A stretch of 64,000 nucleotides of DNA from Octopus bimaculoides (lineage: Eukaryota). Location: contig NC_068993.1 of the NCBI RefSeq assembly GCF_001194135.2, positions 62,452,686-62,516,685 on the forward strand, given 5' to 3'. The notes beneath the pieces were generated by a model, which saw nothing but the letters and a program-made list of their open reading frames with translations, was not told the DNA's origin and did not search any database. Below, one piece after another: positions 12,003-25,012 of this stretch (positions within the stretch are counted from its first letter, which is position 1; every line of letters starts with the position of its first letter). The position numbers were made by a program, and so were the translations under genes.

Positions 12003-12749
12003 CATACATACACAGTTGTTCATAGGTTTCTATAAAAAATTTTCGGCTCCGTATTATGAATTTTCTAGATATATTTAATCGTATTTACATCTAAAATAAC
12101 AGTAATTAATGAAAAAAAAAATTTTTTTAAACATAAATCGGCAGCCGCAAGAAAATTCACTCCATAGAGCATTACCCTCCCCATCGCCCCATTACAACCG
12201 CTATCATCCCCAACTACTATCACCACCACCACTAATAACAACACCAAGAACAGAAGCACTATACATCACACAAAAAGCCAAAGCAAAAAAGTAAATAAAA
12301 AGCAGGTCGGTCTAAGATAAGTGGAAATAACATGCTTTGACTTTTTGTACTTAATTAGGTAGATGTATACGGCATACAGTAAATATAGAAACTGTGTGTA
12401 TAAACATGAGTTGTTAATTACGTCAATGTAAAGAATACATGAAGATTAAGTAGATATTAGAAAGGAAAATATAGCAAATAAATCAGAACTTTATTGTTTA
12501 TATTAGATGTTTTCTCGAGATATTAAATTTTTGTGACGTTATTAAGATGGTAAGGTTAAGGTGTTCGAAAGAGATTTAGTGGCGAGACAATCACTTTTAT
12601 TATTATTAAGCCGTTACTGTGTTCACATTGTTATAGGAAATAGCTCTGGGGCTCCATTGAAAAGCTCTCAGATGAAATTTTGTTCATGAAACCAATAATG
12701 TATGCAAGACAAATCTTTATTGCTTTTGTCTTTATTGCCTTTTTGAGGA

Positions 12750-13000
12750 CGTGTGGCCTAGTGACCAGGGTGCTTCACCCAAGATGGTGCGATCTCAGTT
12801 TTGATTCCCGCACGGGGTGGCCCGTTGTGATCTTTAGCAAAACACATTATTTCACGTTAGACTGTAATCACTGCAACATCCAACGTGCAGCACACCGTGC
12901 ATCCGTATAGGTGATGTGATTTGATCGAGAGCCTGAGCTCGTGTACAACACAAACAATTGATCATTATAAGCAAAACACATGCGCAGGTTATTCAGTGAG
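12750..13000 (+). mobile_element. Diverged tRNA-headed SINE (family C-like head, different tail)
   Basis: gTGGCCTAGTGaccaggg...ttttgattccc...gtgatctttagcaaaacacattatttcacgtt, similar to the 8.5-kb head. Confidence 0.6.
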
Positions 13001-14135
13001 AAACTGCGGAACCAACTTTCTCCAACTCGGGAGACCAACTTTTCCACTTGACTCCATATGGCTCTGGTGGCATTAATAACCGACTATCTTTGCTCTAAAT
13101 CTTCCGTCTCGCACACACTGGGAAAGAGAAGCGAGTGATAGAGATAAAGCACCTATTCAACTGCACTGGTAATATTCTATCTATTTATGCCCGTGGAAAG
13201 AAATACAAAATCGTCTTTGGCGGGATTTGAACTCGAAAAAACGTGAGGGGGGGATCTGGAAGAAAATCTGCGATGAAGTTTTAGCCAACACCTTAACAAT
13301 GCCTCTAATTCCTCCCTTATCTCTGGAAAATCTAATTAGTCTCAAAGATAAAAAGATGTTACATTTAACTCTTCGTGTAAGGATGACATAAATCTTTTCG
13401 TATAACTTTGTTCATATTTCCCAACCAGGCGAAATTGTGTTTGTTACTAAAAACTGCATTGTGCATTGTGTACTACAAATCAATTAAACAGGTAAGAGCA
13501 AATAATTTCTCAGATATTCTTTCACTGATGAACGTCTAAAGAGGCTGGAAACTAGTTACATTGACCTACTTTTTACTTTTCATTAATGAAATAAACTTTA
13601 GATAGCGCGCGCACACACACACACACACACACACATACACNNNNNNNNNNAAAAGGCATCTGTTTTTATGTGCTTATATACTAGGTAGGATTATGTTTAT
13701 ATATATATATATATATATTTATATATACGCTACCACATAACTACATAGATCTGTATGAACATAAGATTCTATGCGAATGCAAAGAAAATAAATGGAGGAA
13801 TGTAAAACTGACGCTGAAATATATGAAAGAGAGGAACATATAAATAATTAAGAATGCAAGAAACATAGAAAGGTAAAGAAAACGCACATCGATGACATCG
13901 ATATATGTTATTGATTTTTAATTCTAAATATGTTTCGACTATCGTATATCATGGACAATACTCTTCAATATCGCAATATAATGAATGCATAAAGATGAAA
14001 GTGATAATAAAGTTATCAAATCCTATTATATATATATATATATATATCTGTGTGTGTGTGGGGGGGGTATAAATCTTCTGAAAATCTAGATGTTCACCAG
14101 TATATCTTTCTTATCGTATATGTATATGAATATAT

Positions 14136-14217
<82 letters not shown>

Positions 14218-16347
14218 TTCAATGGTAGAGAAACATCTGAGGCTTATCTGCACTAAAGCTTAGGCGAAATGTTAAAGAAATGTGTAAAATTAATCTATAG
14301 TCGATATCAATTAGATATACACTAGGGGTAGGAGTGGGTAGAATGGGTGATTTTATCAATGGCGTGTCTGAAAAACTTATTTAGAATATAGGATTCCCTT
14401 TATTTACGCTCTGGGTTCAAATCCTTGCTGGTGTGAGCTTTTTTCTGTCGTCCTATGATCGATAATGTAATTATTCTCCAAATTCTGAGACCGATTTAAT
14501 TGAGTATATCATTCCCTAACGAAGTTTAGCCATGTACCAAAGTCAGAAAGGTCAAAGATGTAGTGTGGAATTGGGGATTGCATAGAACGCATGCCAGAGT
14601 AAGAGATTCACCGTATTCATGTTCGAACGTAACGGAGGCCTATTTTGTAATTCCTATATGCCAGGAGATGTGTCGAAACATGTTCTGCATATGAACTGGA
14701 TGAATTCAACCGAGAACAACATTTATATACAAATTTATGATGCAGGTGATATAGTGCCAATGGAAGCAACGCTAATTACATGGTTTGGCTGTAATAAATC
14801 AAGTTATAAGCATTTGGCAAGGTAATTCTGTTACTTGCTTTTGATTTGCAGCCGGTGGAAAGATATTCCATATGAAATATCTATCATTGTTCATTCCTTT
14901 AGAAAATAGGGGAATGTCAGAACATCCGGTTTCTTGTCACTTACTGCTTGAGGGGTTTCTAGTAACCAGAGGATAATTACTGACCGATCGATCAGCCGAT
15001 TAACGCAGAGTATACGTAAGAGGTTGAAATTAACTTGATCGACCTGTTTCATGATCTTGGGAAAGGCAGGAATATCAGAATATAAGTTAAAGGTAGATTT
15101 ATTGTTACACAAAATACGAGCACTTTTGGCGAATAAAAAATGTACCTATTTGTTTGGCGGTCGCAGAGACTAATAAGGTTCGCATCCAACGTAAATGATT
15201 TATTTTGTTATGGATAGATCTTACTTAAAGGTCACATAAAAGCAACAACGATAAGAACATCCCCAACGTTACATAAAAATGTAAAAGTGCAGTTAAAGTG
15301 TGCAAAAAAGAGCGTAACAGAAATTTACATAATTTTTACAGGTATTGTATAGAGACCCGAACTCGAATACCTAGATATTATCCCTTCGCTCTGTTTGTCT
15401 CTTATAGTTCTTCACAATTCAGGAATTTGATGCAGTAAANNNNNNNNNNATATATATATATATATATATATATATACAGCCCAAAATCATTCATTGGCAG
15501 GTCATTATATACACAGAAAACATACGGAAAAATTAGGTAATATACTTATTGCACAAACCGAGATAAAACCTAACGGAGGGCATTTCTGCTTGAAATATAA
15601 ATGGTTTTGATCTTTTAGCAGCAGTATTTATCGTATTTACCAGGCATTAACGGCAAAAGTTTGGTGTTAATTTGAAGAGTTATACATTTCAGTGTATTAC
15701 GGGATTCGACCTGGCAGACAAATAAGGTTACGATGATAGAATTCAACCTAATTGAGAAACATTTTGAAACTCTATCAAGATATCTTTATCTGTTTGTTGA
15801 TAGAGATATTCAGATTTCAAGATTGTACTTAGACTATCGAATGATTGAAAGCTGTTTCTGGAGATTAAATAATCTCCGGATTGAATAATAATCTCCAGTA
15901 TTAGCATTGAATCATTCGATAGTGCAAGTTCCTTCCTAGAGATTAGTATTTAAAGTCATGAAACGGGTGAACTTACACTGAGATCCAGAGTTCTAGTTGA
16001 CAGTGACTGGGTTGTCGCATGTATATCAACATTACATACACATGGTGGCAGTCGCAAAACACACACACACGAACATACACACATAATTGCACACATTCAA
16101 GCCCATATACAATATATATGTACATGTAAATACAAAGAATAAGTACACTGCATAACACATATACAAATCCAGGGATACAGACAAATAAACTACAACTCTC
16201 ATTCAGACATATTATATATTACGCGGAAACAACAAACGATTTCGTTACCGAGATACCTCTATCTCAAAATGTGACAAATCACGACCACAGAAAATTTGTT
16301 GCGTACTTCGAATAATCTCTGTCAAATTTTAGAATGAATGAGTGTGT

Positions 16348-16386
<39 letters not shown>

Positions 16387-17974
16387 TACATATTTCTGTA
16401 TGAAGAACAATGAAAACTGACTTGTAAGGTCTGCATTTATGCCTACACACTCTCTCATATCTACAGATATTGGTGTAAAGTAGTATTAGATTACTTCCCC
16501 TTCTCTCCCACTAAGTAGCCACGTTTTAAATCTAATCTGTTTTTTTATTTAATGTCATGACATGGCCTTGCTTTGAAATGCTTTTTCGGAGTCCGCTCTG
16601 TTGCAAACATTCGGAGCAGATCTCCGGGATGAATATAGTTGCCCTACTTCTATTTTCTTCCTTTCACTGCTACAGTGGACCTGGTAAAGATCAGGAGTAC
16701 TATTGTTCCTATTCTGACTAAAGCAATGAAAAAGAAAACCAAAAGAAAATAACAAAACAAAACAAGACATTGCGGTGATTAATGAAAGGTTTTTGCATCT
16801 GATTCGAGAAGGCTTTTTAGTAACATACTCGAAAGTTGCCTTCGTGAACCAATTATGTTTATGCCAGTATAAGGGTGGGAAAAAGCTGATTTTGTTTCCT
16901 AGAATATAAAACAATTTAAATTCTATCAAAATTCTATGCTCCATACAAATTTTAGAACTGCAGGGTAAAGAAGAAAAGAAGGAGCAAATGGAGGAACTGA
17001 TATATATAGCTTCGAAGGAAGATATACGCCATTAATGGAAATTAAATGTTATCTTCGAATCAACATTAAGCCAGTGAAGCTCTCTATTAAAATAACGAAA
17101 GCTGCAATAACAACGACAACATCAACGAAACTCAGCACTTTTCATGACAGCAATTATGGAATCGAATATGGAGTGCGGTGTTCTGTAAAAACTTGTTATC
17201 CACCAATGTTTGAAACTAATGATGCGAGCACGTAAAGGATTACGTATATGATGTCTGAAGATAATGAATACGTTGAATAAAGATTTGACTGTGTGACGCA
17301 GATAGAAGTGTATTATGACAGAATATTTTCATGAAACAGTAAAAGAAATAAGAACAAATCCCTTATTGAACTTAGACATTTAGAAGATTAGAAATTGAAT
17401 CTAAATAACTGCGAAAGGGATGTTCAGAATTAGCCAACCGCAAGGTGTACCAGATATACAAGAATTTTTAGGAATTCTTAGAGTATTCAGCTGTACCTGA
17501 TTGTAATTGCTCAATATTAGAAAAATGATGATTTCATCCATCTTTGAACATGACAAGTCACTTTCAGAAGAAGATGAGAAAACAAATAATTCTTTGATTA
17601 ATTGCATTTCTGGCAACATAAATTCCCCTCTTCTCAAAATTATTAACCATAAATATCTCCACAAAAAATTTCCTGTGATAGTGATTCCTGCTATCATCCT
17701 GTATTTTTACCGACAGTTTAACCACATTGTAAGTTTAGCGCCGTAGGGCTGAACCCATGATCACGTGGTACGAAAACTAGCTTTGTAATCACATAGTCAC
17801 GCCTGGGCGCCAAAATTAATCTGAATACATTAATTAATCTAGTCAAATTAAACTAGATTAATCGGAATATATTTAACAAATTTAAAGTTTATTGTTTCTA
17901 TAATGTTAATTACTAAACACTTTAGCTTTTTATTAAATGAAATCTAACATCAATATAATGTGTGGAATCTTAAT

Positions 17975-18190
17975 GTGGCGATGTGGCCGAATTGTTAGCA
18001 CGCCGTGCAAAATGCTCCGCGACATTTTGTACGACATCACGTTCTTAGTTCAAATTCTGTTGAGGTCGACTTTGCTTTGCTTCCTTTCGCGGTCGACAAG
18101 ACAAGTACAAGCTGATCATTGGAGTCGGTGTAACACTTCNNNNNNNNNNGTGTAACACTTCCCCGGAAAATACTGTCCTTGTGCCAAAAC
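17975..18190 (+). mobile_element. tRNA-derived SINE family A (diverged)
   Basis: Aligns with 36184-36394 (ttagcacgccg...agttcaaattc..gaggtcgactttgc). Confidence 0.75.
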
Positions 18191-18375
18191 TTTTGGGGAG
18201 GGGTTAAATCGATTACATCGACCCGAGTGATGATTGACTGCTGCTTATTTTATTGACTCCGAAAGAATGAAAGGCCAAGTCTACCTCGGCAGCACTTGAA
18301 CTCAGAACGTAATGACGGACGAAATGCTTGCAACTATTTTGTTCAGCGGGTTAACGCTTCTGCTAGCTCTCCGCC
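18190..18375 (-). mobile_element. SINE family A (diverged)
   Basis: Reverse complement of family A; ends ctgctagctctccgcc. Confidence 0.75.
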
Positions 18376-18390
18376 TTCTTTTCTATATTA

Positions 18391-18613
18391 ATAATGGTTT
18401 CAAATTTTGCCACAAGGGCAGCTATTTTGGGGCGATGGGGATGAGTCGATTATATCGACCCCAATGAGTAACTGGTACTTATTTTACCGACCCCGAAAGG
18501 AGAAAGGATGAAAGGCACAGTCGACCTCGACGGAATTTTAACTCAGAACGTAGCGGCAGACGAAATACCGCTAAGTATTTCGCTCGGCGTGCTACCGATT
18601 CTGCCAGTTCGCC
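18391..18613 (-). mobile_element. SINE family A
   Basis: aaaggatgaaaggcacagtcgacctcgacggaattttaactcagaacgta...ctgccagttcgcc is the reverse complement of family A. Confidence 0.85.
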
Positions 18614-18759
18614 TGAGTGTGGAAATGCGTCATACTTGGCAAAGCACGGCGTCACTGCACTGTACTCTATTGAGTACTCTTTTTGTTGGATTGCAACTCA
18701 TACCAGAGTAAAACCATTTTGCACTATATATGTATGCATACACACACACATACACAGAC

Positions 18760-18830
<71 letters not shown>

Positions 18831-18893
18831 NNNNNNNNNNNNNNNNNNNNNNNNNNNNNNNNNNNNNNNNNNNNNNNNNNNNNNNNNNNNNNN

Positions 18894-18944
<51 letters not shown>

Positions 18945-20309
18945 ATGTATATATATATATATATATATATATCTATATACACTTATGTGCCTATCTTTAT
19001 ACATAAATAAAGACATATATGTACATATAAATATATACATGTACGTATATATTTGTATATATATAAATTCATGCGTTTATATAAATACATATCAGTGTGT
19101 GTGCGTGTATATATATATACATTCTTACACACCGATATACATAAACATATACATACATGGATGCTTACTAATACAAGATCTTTTCATTAAATCGTTTTGC
19201 TATTCACCTTTAAAAATAAATATATAAATAAACATTACTTCAAAAAGATTTCATAGAAATTCTGCATAAAAATTATATTTGAGATCAAAGATATGTTTGC
19301 TATTATTCCGAAAAAATTATATTCTTTGGCAAATATGTATACCTGGATTTCAATAATAAATGCCATTATCAATGATGTAGAAAAAAAAGCACCAAAATGA
19401 AATAATATTGAAATAACCAGTAACTTGTTTCTATACACACATTGATATCCATTCAAAGAACTAAGCTATTTATTGCCTTAATTATTATTACCTATATTAA
19501 CGTTATTATTTCTTTTGCTGTGTTGTTTTTGATGGTGGTAGTGGTGATAGTACTAATGGTGGATGTAGCGGGGTCGGTGCTTTTAGTGGTCGTACAGGAA
19601 ACATAAAATGGTGTCTAAGAGTATTACACTGTATGTATAACGCACGGAGTGTTTCTTACATCTATAAATGTCGCTTTGGAAGTAACACAGATGGTGCTTT
19701 GGCCTCTCAATTAGCGATTTAAACGATAAAACGGAATATATTCCAGTTTTATCCTACTCACATATCCGCCCACTGTTCCTCTGTAATTGCTTTAATAATT
19801 CCATTAATATTTTTGCACTAAATGTAGCAATATTCTAACATACAATAGAATGATTCTAACGTTATACATATTAAGAAAATCTATTCTTGAAAAATATATT
19901 ACGATTTTCTAATGGATTGATAAATAGCATAAATTCTTACCGTCAGGAGATGATATGTTATAAAAAGATTCTTGTATTTCTACTCACATACACATCATTA
20001 ACGTTAGATATTTGAGGAACATGTGAACAGAACTAATGCATTATCAACTGATGACAATATTCAAAACGACTGAAGGTTTGGTACTGCGTATGTGGTGAGG
20101 ATGAGTTCTATACATTTTCGTTTATCTAAATGCCGGGAACAGATCGTATTTTCTTGGTATATTAACTATCACGATTTTGCGTAAAACATAGCAATGTATT
20201 TAGTTGTTTTTTTATTAACATACAAAAAATACGTTATGACACGTGTCCCTTTGAGAACCGTAAAATGTTTTATGTTTCCTAAATAAGAACTTTATATCTT
20301 ATCACGTGA

Positions 20310-21100
20310 TGCACTGGACCGAGTTCATTGAAGCTGACTTCGAAAATTTCATCTCAACATTCATATGTTTGAGTATAAGGATCTTTGCACCCGATGTACA
20401 TGATATGGTTGAAAATTAAGACACTTCTACCATACGAACATGGCTAAATATGGAAGATGGAGGAAGTCTTTGGGCATCAGAAAGTGGCTAAATCAGCAGC
20501 TGATATCGAATTAATGGAGAGAAGTGTAGAAGTCTGCTCTGATATGCTGGAAGCATTTCAAGTCAATAAATCTACGTTCTTTTGCGATCTGGTGATAAAG
20601 AATGAAATATGATAGCATCTTTATGATCTAGAAACGAAGGGTCGGTCCATGGATTGTCATCATACATCGCCAAAATCTAAGAGATTCAAAAACCCGTGAG
20701 TGGCACAGAAAGTCATGAAACTTGGCTGTATCATGAACGACGAACATTGCGCCGGGACTCACGAAATGATTCTAGAAGCCATTAAGAGAAAGAAACCGAA
20801 GAAAGCCTGAAGAACCATGACAATGTGTAACCACAAAAATCTTTGGCAATAAATCCAGCAAGCTGCAAACTGAGCGGGTCAGTGGTGCCGCATTTAGCGT
20901 ACGTTCCGGATCTAGAACACTCTGAATCTCGATTGTTCGGTCAAACGAAGACAACATTTGAAGGGAAAAGGTTTCATGAAACAGAAACAAAGTGGAATTG
21001 GACGCTTGTGTTTTCGCAGAGATTCGACAGATTTCTTCAGGAGTTCATCTGGAATTTGAATGGTGTACGTCAGTCAATAAAAGTGTTTTGGTCCCTTTTA
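20310..21100 (+). pseudogene. Decayed mariner (DD34D) transposase
   Basis: Manual translation: LVIKNEI**HLYDLETKGRSMDCHHTSPKSKRFK (cf. IVTGDETWIHHYDPETKRQSMEW), HDNV*PQ (cf. HDNARPH), PHLAYVPDLEHSESRLFGQTK (cf. PHPAYSPDLAPSDFHLFGPLK). TIRs not identified. Confidence 0.88.
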
Positions 21101-21165
21101 ATTTCTTCTTGGTTCAATATTCATGGTCATGAATAATATACAAGTACGCACGCACACACACATAC

Positions 21166-21209
<44 letters not shown>

Positions 21210-22019
21210 CAGAATACAAAAAATGGGACAAGAACGCAACAGGCGACCACAAGACATCCAGACAGATGATACGAAAAGGACAAGAAAAAACGAGAATGGG
21301 TCACACACACACACATACACACACGCACACACACATACACACACACACACACACTCATATATATATATATACACACACGCACACACATATACAAACTTGT
21401 GGCCATTTCAAATATGCTTGAGGCGCATTCGAACCTGAAATAAAACCATATTTGACCCGGTGATAAGTTTGCAATTATGCACACTACTGCTTAGCGCTGC
21501 CACCACGTATGTATGTATGTATGTATGTATGTATGTATGTATGTATGTATGTATGTACAGTCGAGACACGCTGATTACAATGACAGATAATTTTAGAAAC
21601 CGTGTATCATTATGAAAATTAGTTTGACCGAAATAGTTTATTTGCTTAGCGTTATCAGCTGCTTATTGTTATCACTAGGCTATTGAAACGGGAAAAAAAA
21701 ACCTTCGTCTCAAAGTGATGACAATAAGCGGCTGGGCGAAGGACAATTGAATATGTATTATTCAACCCACATTGCATTGCAAATCGTATAAGCACACCAG
21801 GCTTACGGTTTGATTTAAGGATTAACTGTTTTGCTATGTTTTACTAAAATTAACCGAACCCGTTCTGTTTGATATGCAACACAATGGTCTGTATAGAGTT
21901 CCTGAAAATCGTATTGACGTGAATTGCTTAAGTTGTAATCATTTGTCGCTGTTATTGTTGTTGTTGTTCTTATTGTTGTTATTGTTCGTTCGTTTTCTTC
22001 TCCCTGTTACTCTGTTTCA

Positions 22020-22112
22020 AACGTTGTTCTTTACTCCAACCAATTCATTGTAAATTCCCTCCTTAAGTATCTATTTTTGTTTATCATTCTTCTTCTTCTT
22101 CTTCTTCTTCTT

Positions 22113-22145
<33 letters not shown>

Positions 22146-23110
22146 ATTATTCCTTTTGTCTGTTATCAATGTCTCTCACTGTTTTGTTTGTTTTTCTTGT
22201 TCATTTTTCCTCTTTGCGTTTGTTCTTTTTGTTGTTGTCTGCGTTTTCTTTGTAGTCGTTTTGTTGATCTTGTTTTTGTTTGTTTGTTCTCCTACTTCCT
22301 TTTATTGTGTCTTTTTTTCCCCCTCTTATTCTCACTGTTCTTACTGTTCCATTTCCTCCAAGAATTTATTTCTCTTTTATCTTCATCTAACTTCTTCATA
22401 CTTCTCTTCCATTTTTACTTCACTTCCCCACCCCGTCTCTCCGCCACCACCCCATCCTCAACTCAAATTTCTTTTTTCTTCTTCCCCCTACATCTCCTTC
22501 CTCCTCTTCCTTGTCCTCCAACCTTCATCAACTACATTTCTTTCTCTTCGTTTCTTCTTTCATTTTGCTTCATCTTTCATTTTCTTTCTCTTTCTTCCTC
22601 TTTTACTATTTTCTCTCTCCTTCCTCTCTTCGCAATTCCTCTCTCCTAATCTTCTTCTTATTGTTATTCAAGATCTGTCTCGTCTCTCTCTCTTACTTTC
22701 TCTCTTTAATTATCCTCTTCATCGATGCCTTATAATTCTTCTCTTCGCGTCTGCTTTCGTCTTGTTTCAAAATCGTTTCCTCTTCATTTTTCCCTCCCTC
22801 CTTCCTCTTCATCAAACTTTTGCTTTTGCTTCTAGATTTACCCATTCTTGGTTCTCGTTGTCGTTATTCAAATTCCTTCTCTTCCTCTTCCTCGTCACCA
22901 CCACCACCACCATCACCACCACCATCACCACCACACAGCCATCATCATCATCACCATCATCACCACCACGATTATCACCTTTATCACCGCTGCTATCGTT
23001 ATCCTCCTTCATCTCTTCCTCCTCTTTCTCTTCCTCCTCTTTCTCTTCCTCACCCCTCTTCCTTATCATCATGATCGTCTCATTTATCATCGCTTTCTTC
23101 TTCCTTTTCG
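22020..23110. repeat. (CTT)n followed by about 1 kb of pyrimidine-rich low-complexity sequence
   Basis: Direct reading; explains the F/L/S-rich ORFs in the track. Confidence 0.9.
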
Positions 23111-23570
23111 AATTCAATGTCAGATATATATATATAAACGGATTAGAAAATAGAACAAAACGAACACTATATAAATCAATAGGGATATAGTATTGGTATT
23201 GATCTGTATTTTTGTTCGATATGTTTATTTATGTTTTTTTTTTCCGCTTTGTATTTTGTTTCTATTTCACATTGTCACAAGAACCGTTCTTGTACATAGT
23301 ATTCCAACCGTGTTGGTGAACAGGTATTCTTGTGACTATGCAGAGTCTCGAACTGTTCAGAGAGTCTGATGCAGTTTCAAAGTTTCTCGAAATCTGCTTC
23401 CTAAAAGTCATCACAAGAAATGTAGATGGTAATTCTAAATATATATAAAATTATCCATTATTAAGATTCCAATACCCTATGAATAAAATCCAATATATGA
23501 ATATATAAGCATGTATATGTGTGTGCTTGTGTCAATGCATATATACATATACATAATTATAAATATGTGT

Positions 23571-23607
<37 letters not shown>

Positions 23608-24143
23608 CATTGACAGAAGCACACACATATACATGCATATATATTCATACATACACACATATCTACATATGTACATGTGAGCATGTATGTGTGTAAAAGA
23701 GAGAGGGAGGGGAGAGAGGAGAGAGAGGAGAGAGAGAGAAAGAGAGAAAAGGAGAGTGGGTAGGGAGATTGTATTTAAATAGAAAATTATAACTTGGCAC
23801 TTACAAGTCAGTTTCTGGTAAGAATGCTGATATAATACTTCAATGACAATGCGTAACTTGAACTACAAAAGCGTTCTAAATGCTACATACCGTTTACTCT
23901 ATAATTGTAAATAAGATATACATCTACCACAGGAGCCAAAGCGGAATTCAGTCAGTTGCAAGCATTCTGAGAAAATTTCCGGTGCGTTCCCTGCCCACAC
24001 ATTTCCTGCAGGTATTGACATGTAGATGTTGATGTGAGACATCGACCGCATCTATCTTTCTAGTCTGAGGAGTGGAAGAATGCAAAAGCAATCGGCTGAT
24101 TTACACACGAAACATCCTGGCCAAGTTTGTTTAAGCAATTCAT

Positions 24144-24186
<43 letters not shown>

Positions 24187-24682
24187 TTTGGAACATCACT
24201 CGAAGTTATATATACATACGTACATACATACTTACATAAATGCTTAAAAGAGAATCCGGATCAACTGAGATTGTCAGAAAGAGAAATTGACCGGCTAATT
24301 CATACATTACAAGTGCAATCTATGAATGAAATAGTGAAATTCAGAAAAATTGTATTAAATGCGTATAAGAAGGGATGACCGCTAAGTGGACATCCGGTAT
24401 GCTAGAAAAAGATCACCTACGATAATAAACATTATCACTTATGATATATACACATATCCATAACATCCCAAGTACTTATTCTCTACGTCTGGTACACACT
24501 CTGTTAGTTTCTCGTGCCGCACCGCTAACTGGGGGACAAACGCAACCGCAAAGACACAAAAATATAGAGAAACACTCAAACAGACATACACAAGAACACA
24601 AACACACTTGTACACATACAGACAGACACACACAGATAAATACGCTCACACGCACACGCACACGCATATGCATATGTATATA

Positions 24683-24792
24683 ATGACGGTATTCTTTCAG
24701 TATCCTTCCACCAAATTCAGTCACGAGCTTTTGTTTGGGACTGAAACCAGAACCATGTGGTTGGAAATTCAACTATTAGCCACACGGTCACT
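24683..24792 (-). mobile_element. Internally deleted SINE family B head
   Basis: attctttcag...ccaaattcagtcac...gggactgaaaccagaaccatgtggttgg...ccacac matches 40283-40440. Confidence 0.7.
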
Positions 24793-24956
24793 CTTGACGA
24801 CTCTACACAGTTTATTAGATTTCTTCGAAACGCTGTTGAGCATCGTTCGCGATATTTTATCTGAATGGTTTAAACAAAAACAATTGCAGCGTAGGTGTTT
24901 ATAAGCCATTAAAAAACACAAAAAACCCCGTTAGATTCACTTCAACATTTAAATTG

Positions 24957-25012
24957 AATTTGTCAAAATATTTTCGTCGCTTTCAGACCGCGACATGTTC
25001 ACTGACAAAATT
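24957..25012 (-). ncRNA. Minimal type-I hammerhead ribozyme motif with G3-C8 core variant
   Basis: Minus: TTTGTCA GTGAACA T GTCGC-GGTCTGAAA-GCGAC GAAA ATAT T T TGACAAA; 7-bp stem I, 5-bp stem II, palindromic AATATT stem III. Confidence 0.7.

Noticed and set aside
14655-14690. GAAACATGTT palindromic stem-III-like motif
   Set aside because: No CUGANGA core or stem II upstream.
18129-18160. Direct repeat gtgtaacacttc on both sides of a 10-N gap (likewise 42969-43100)
   Set aside because: Typical unmerged contig overlap, not biology.
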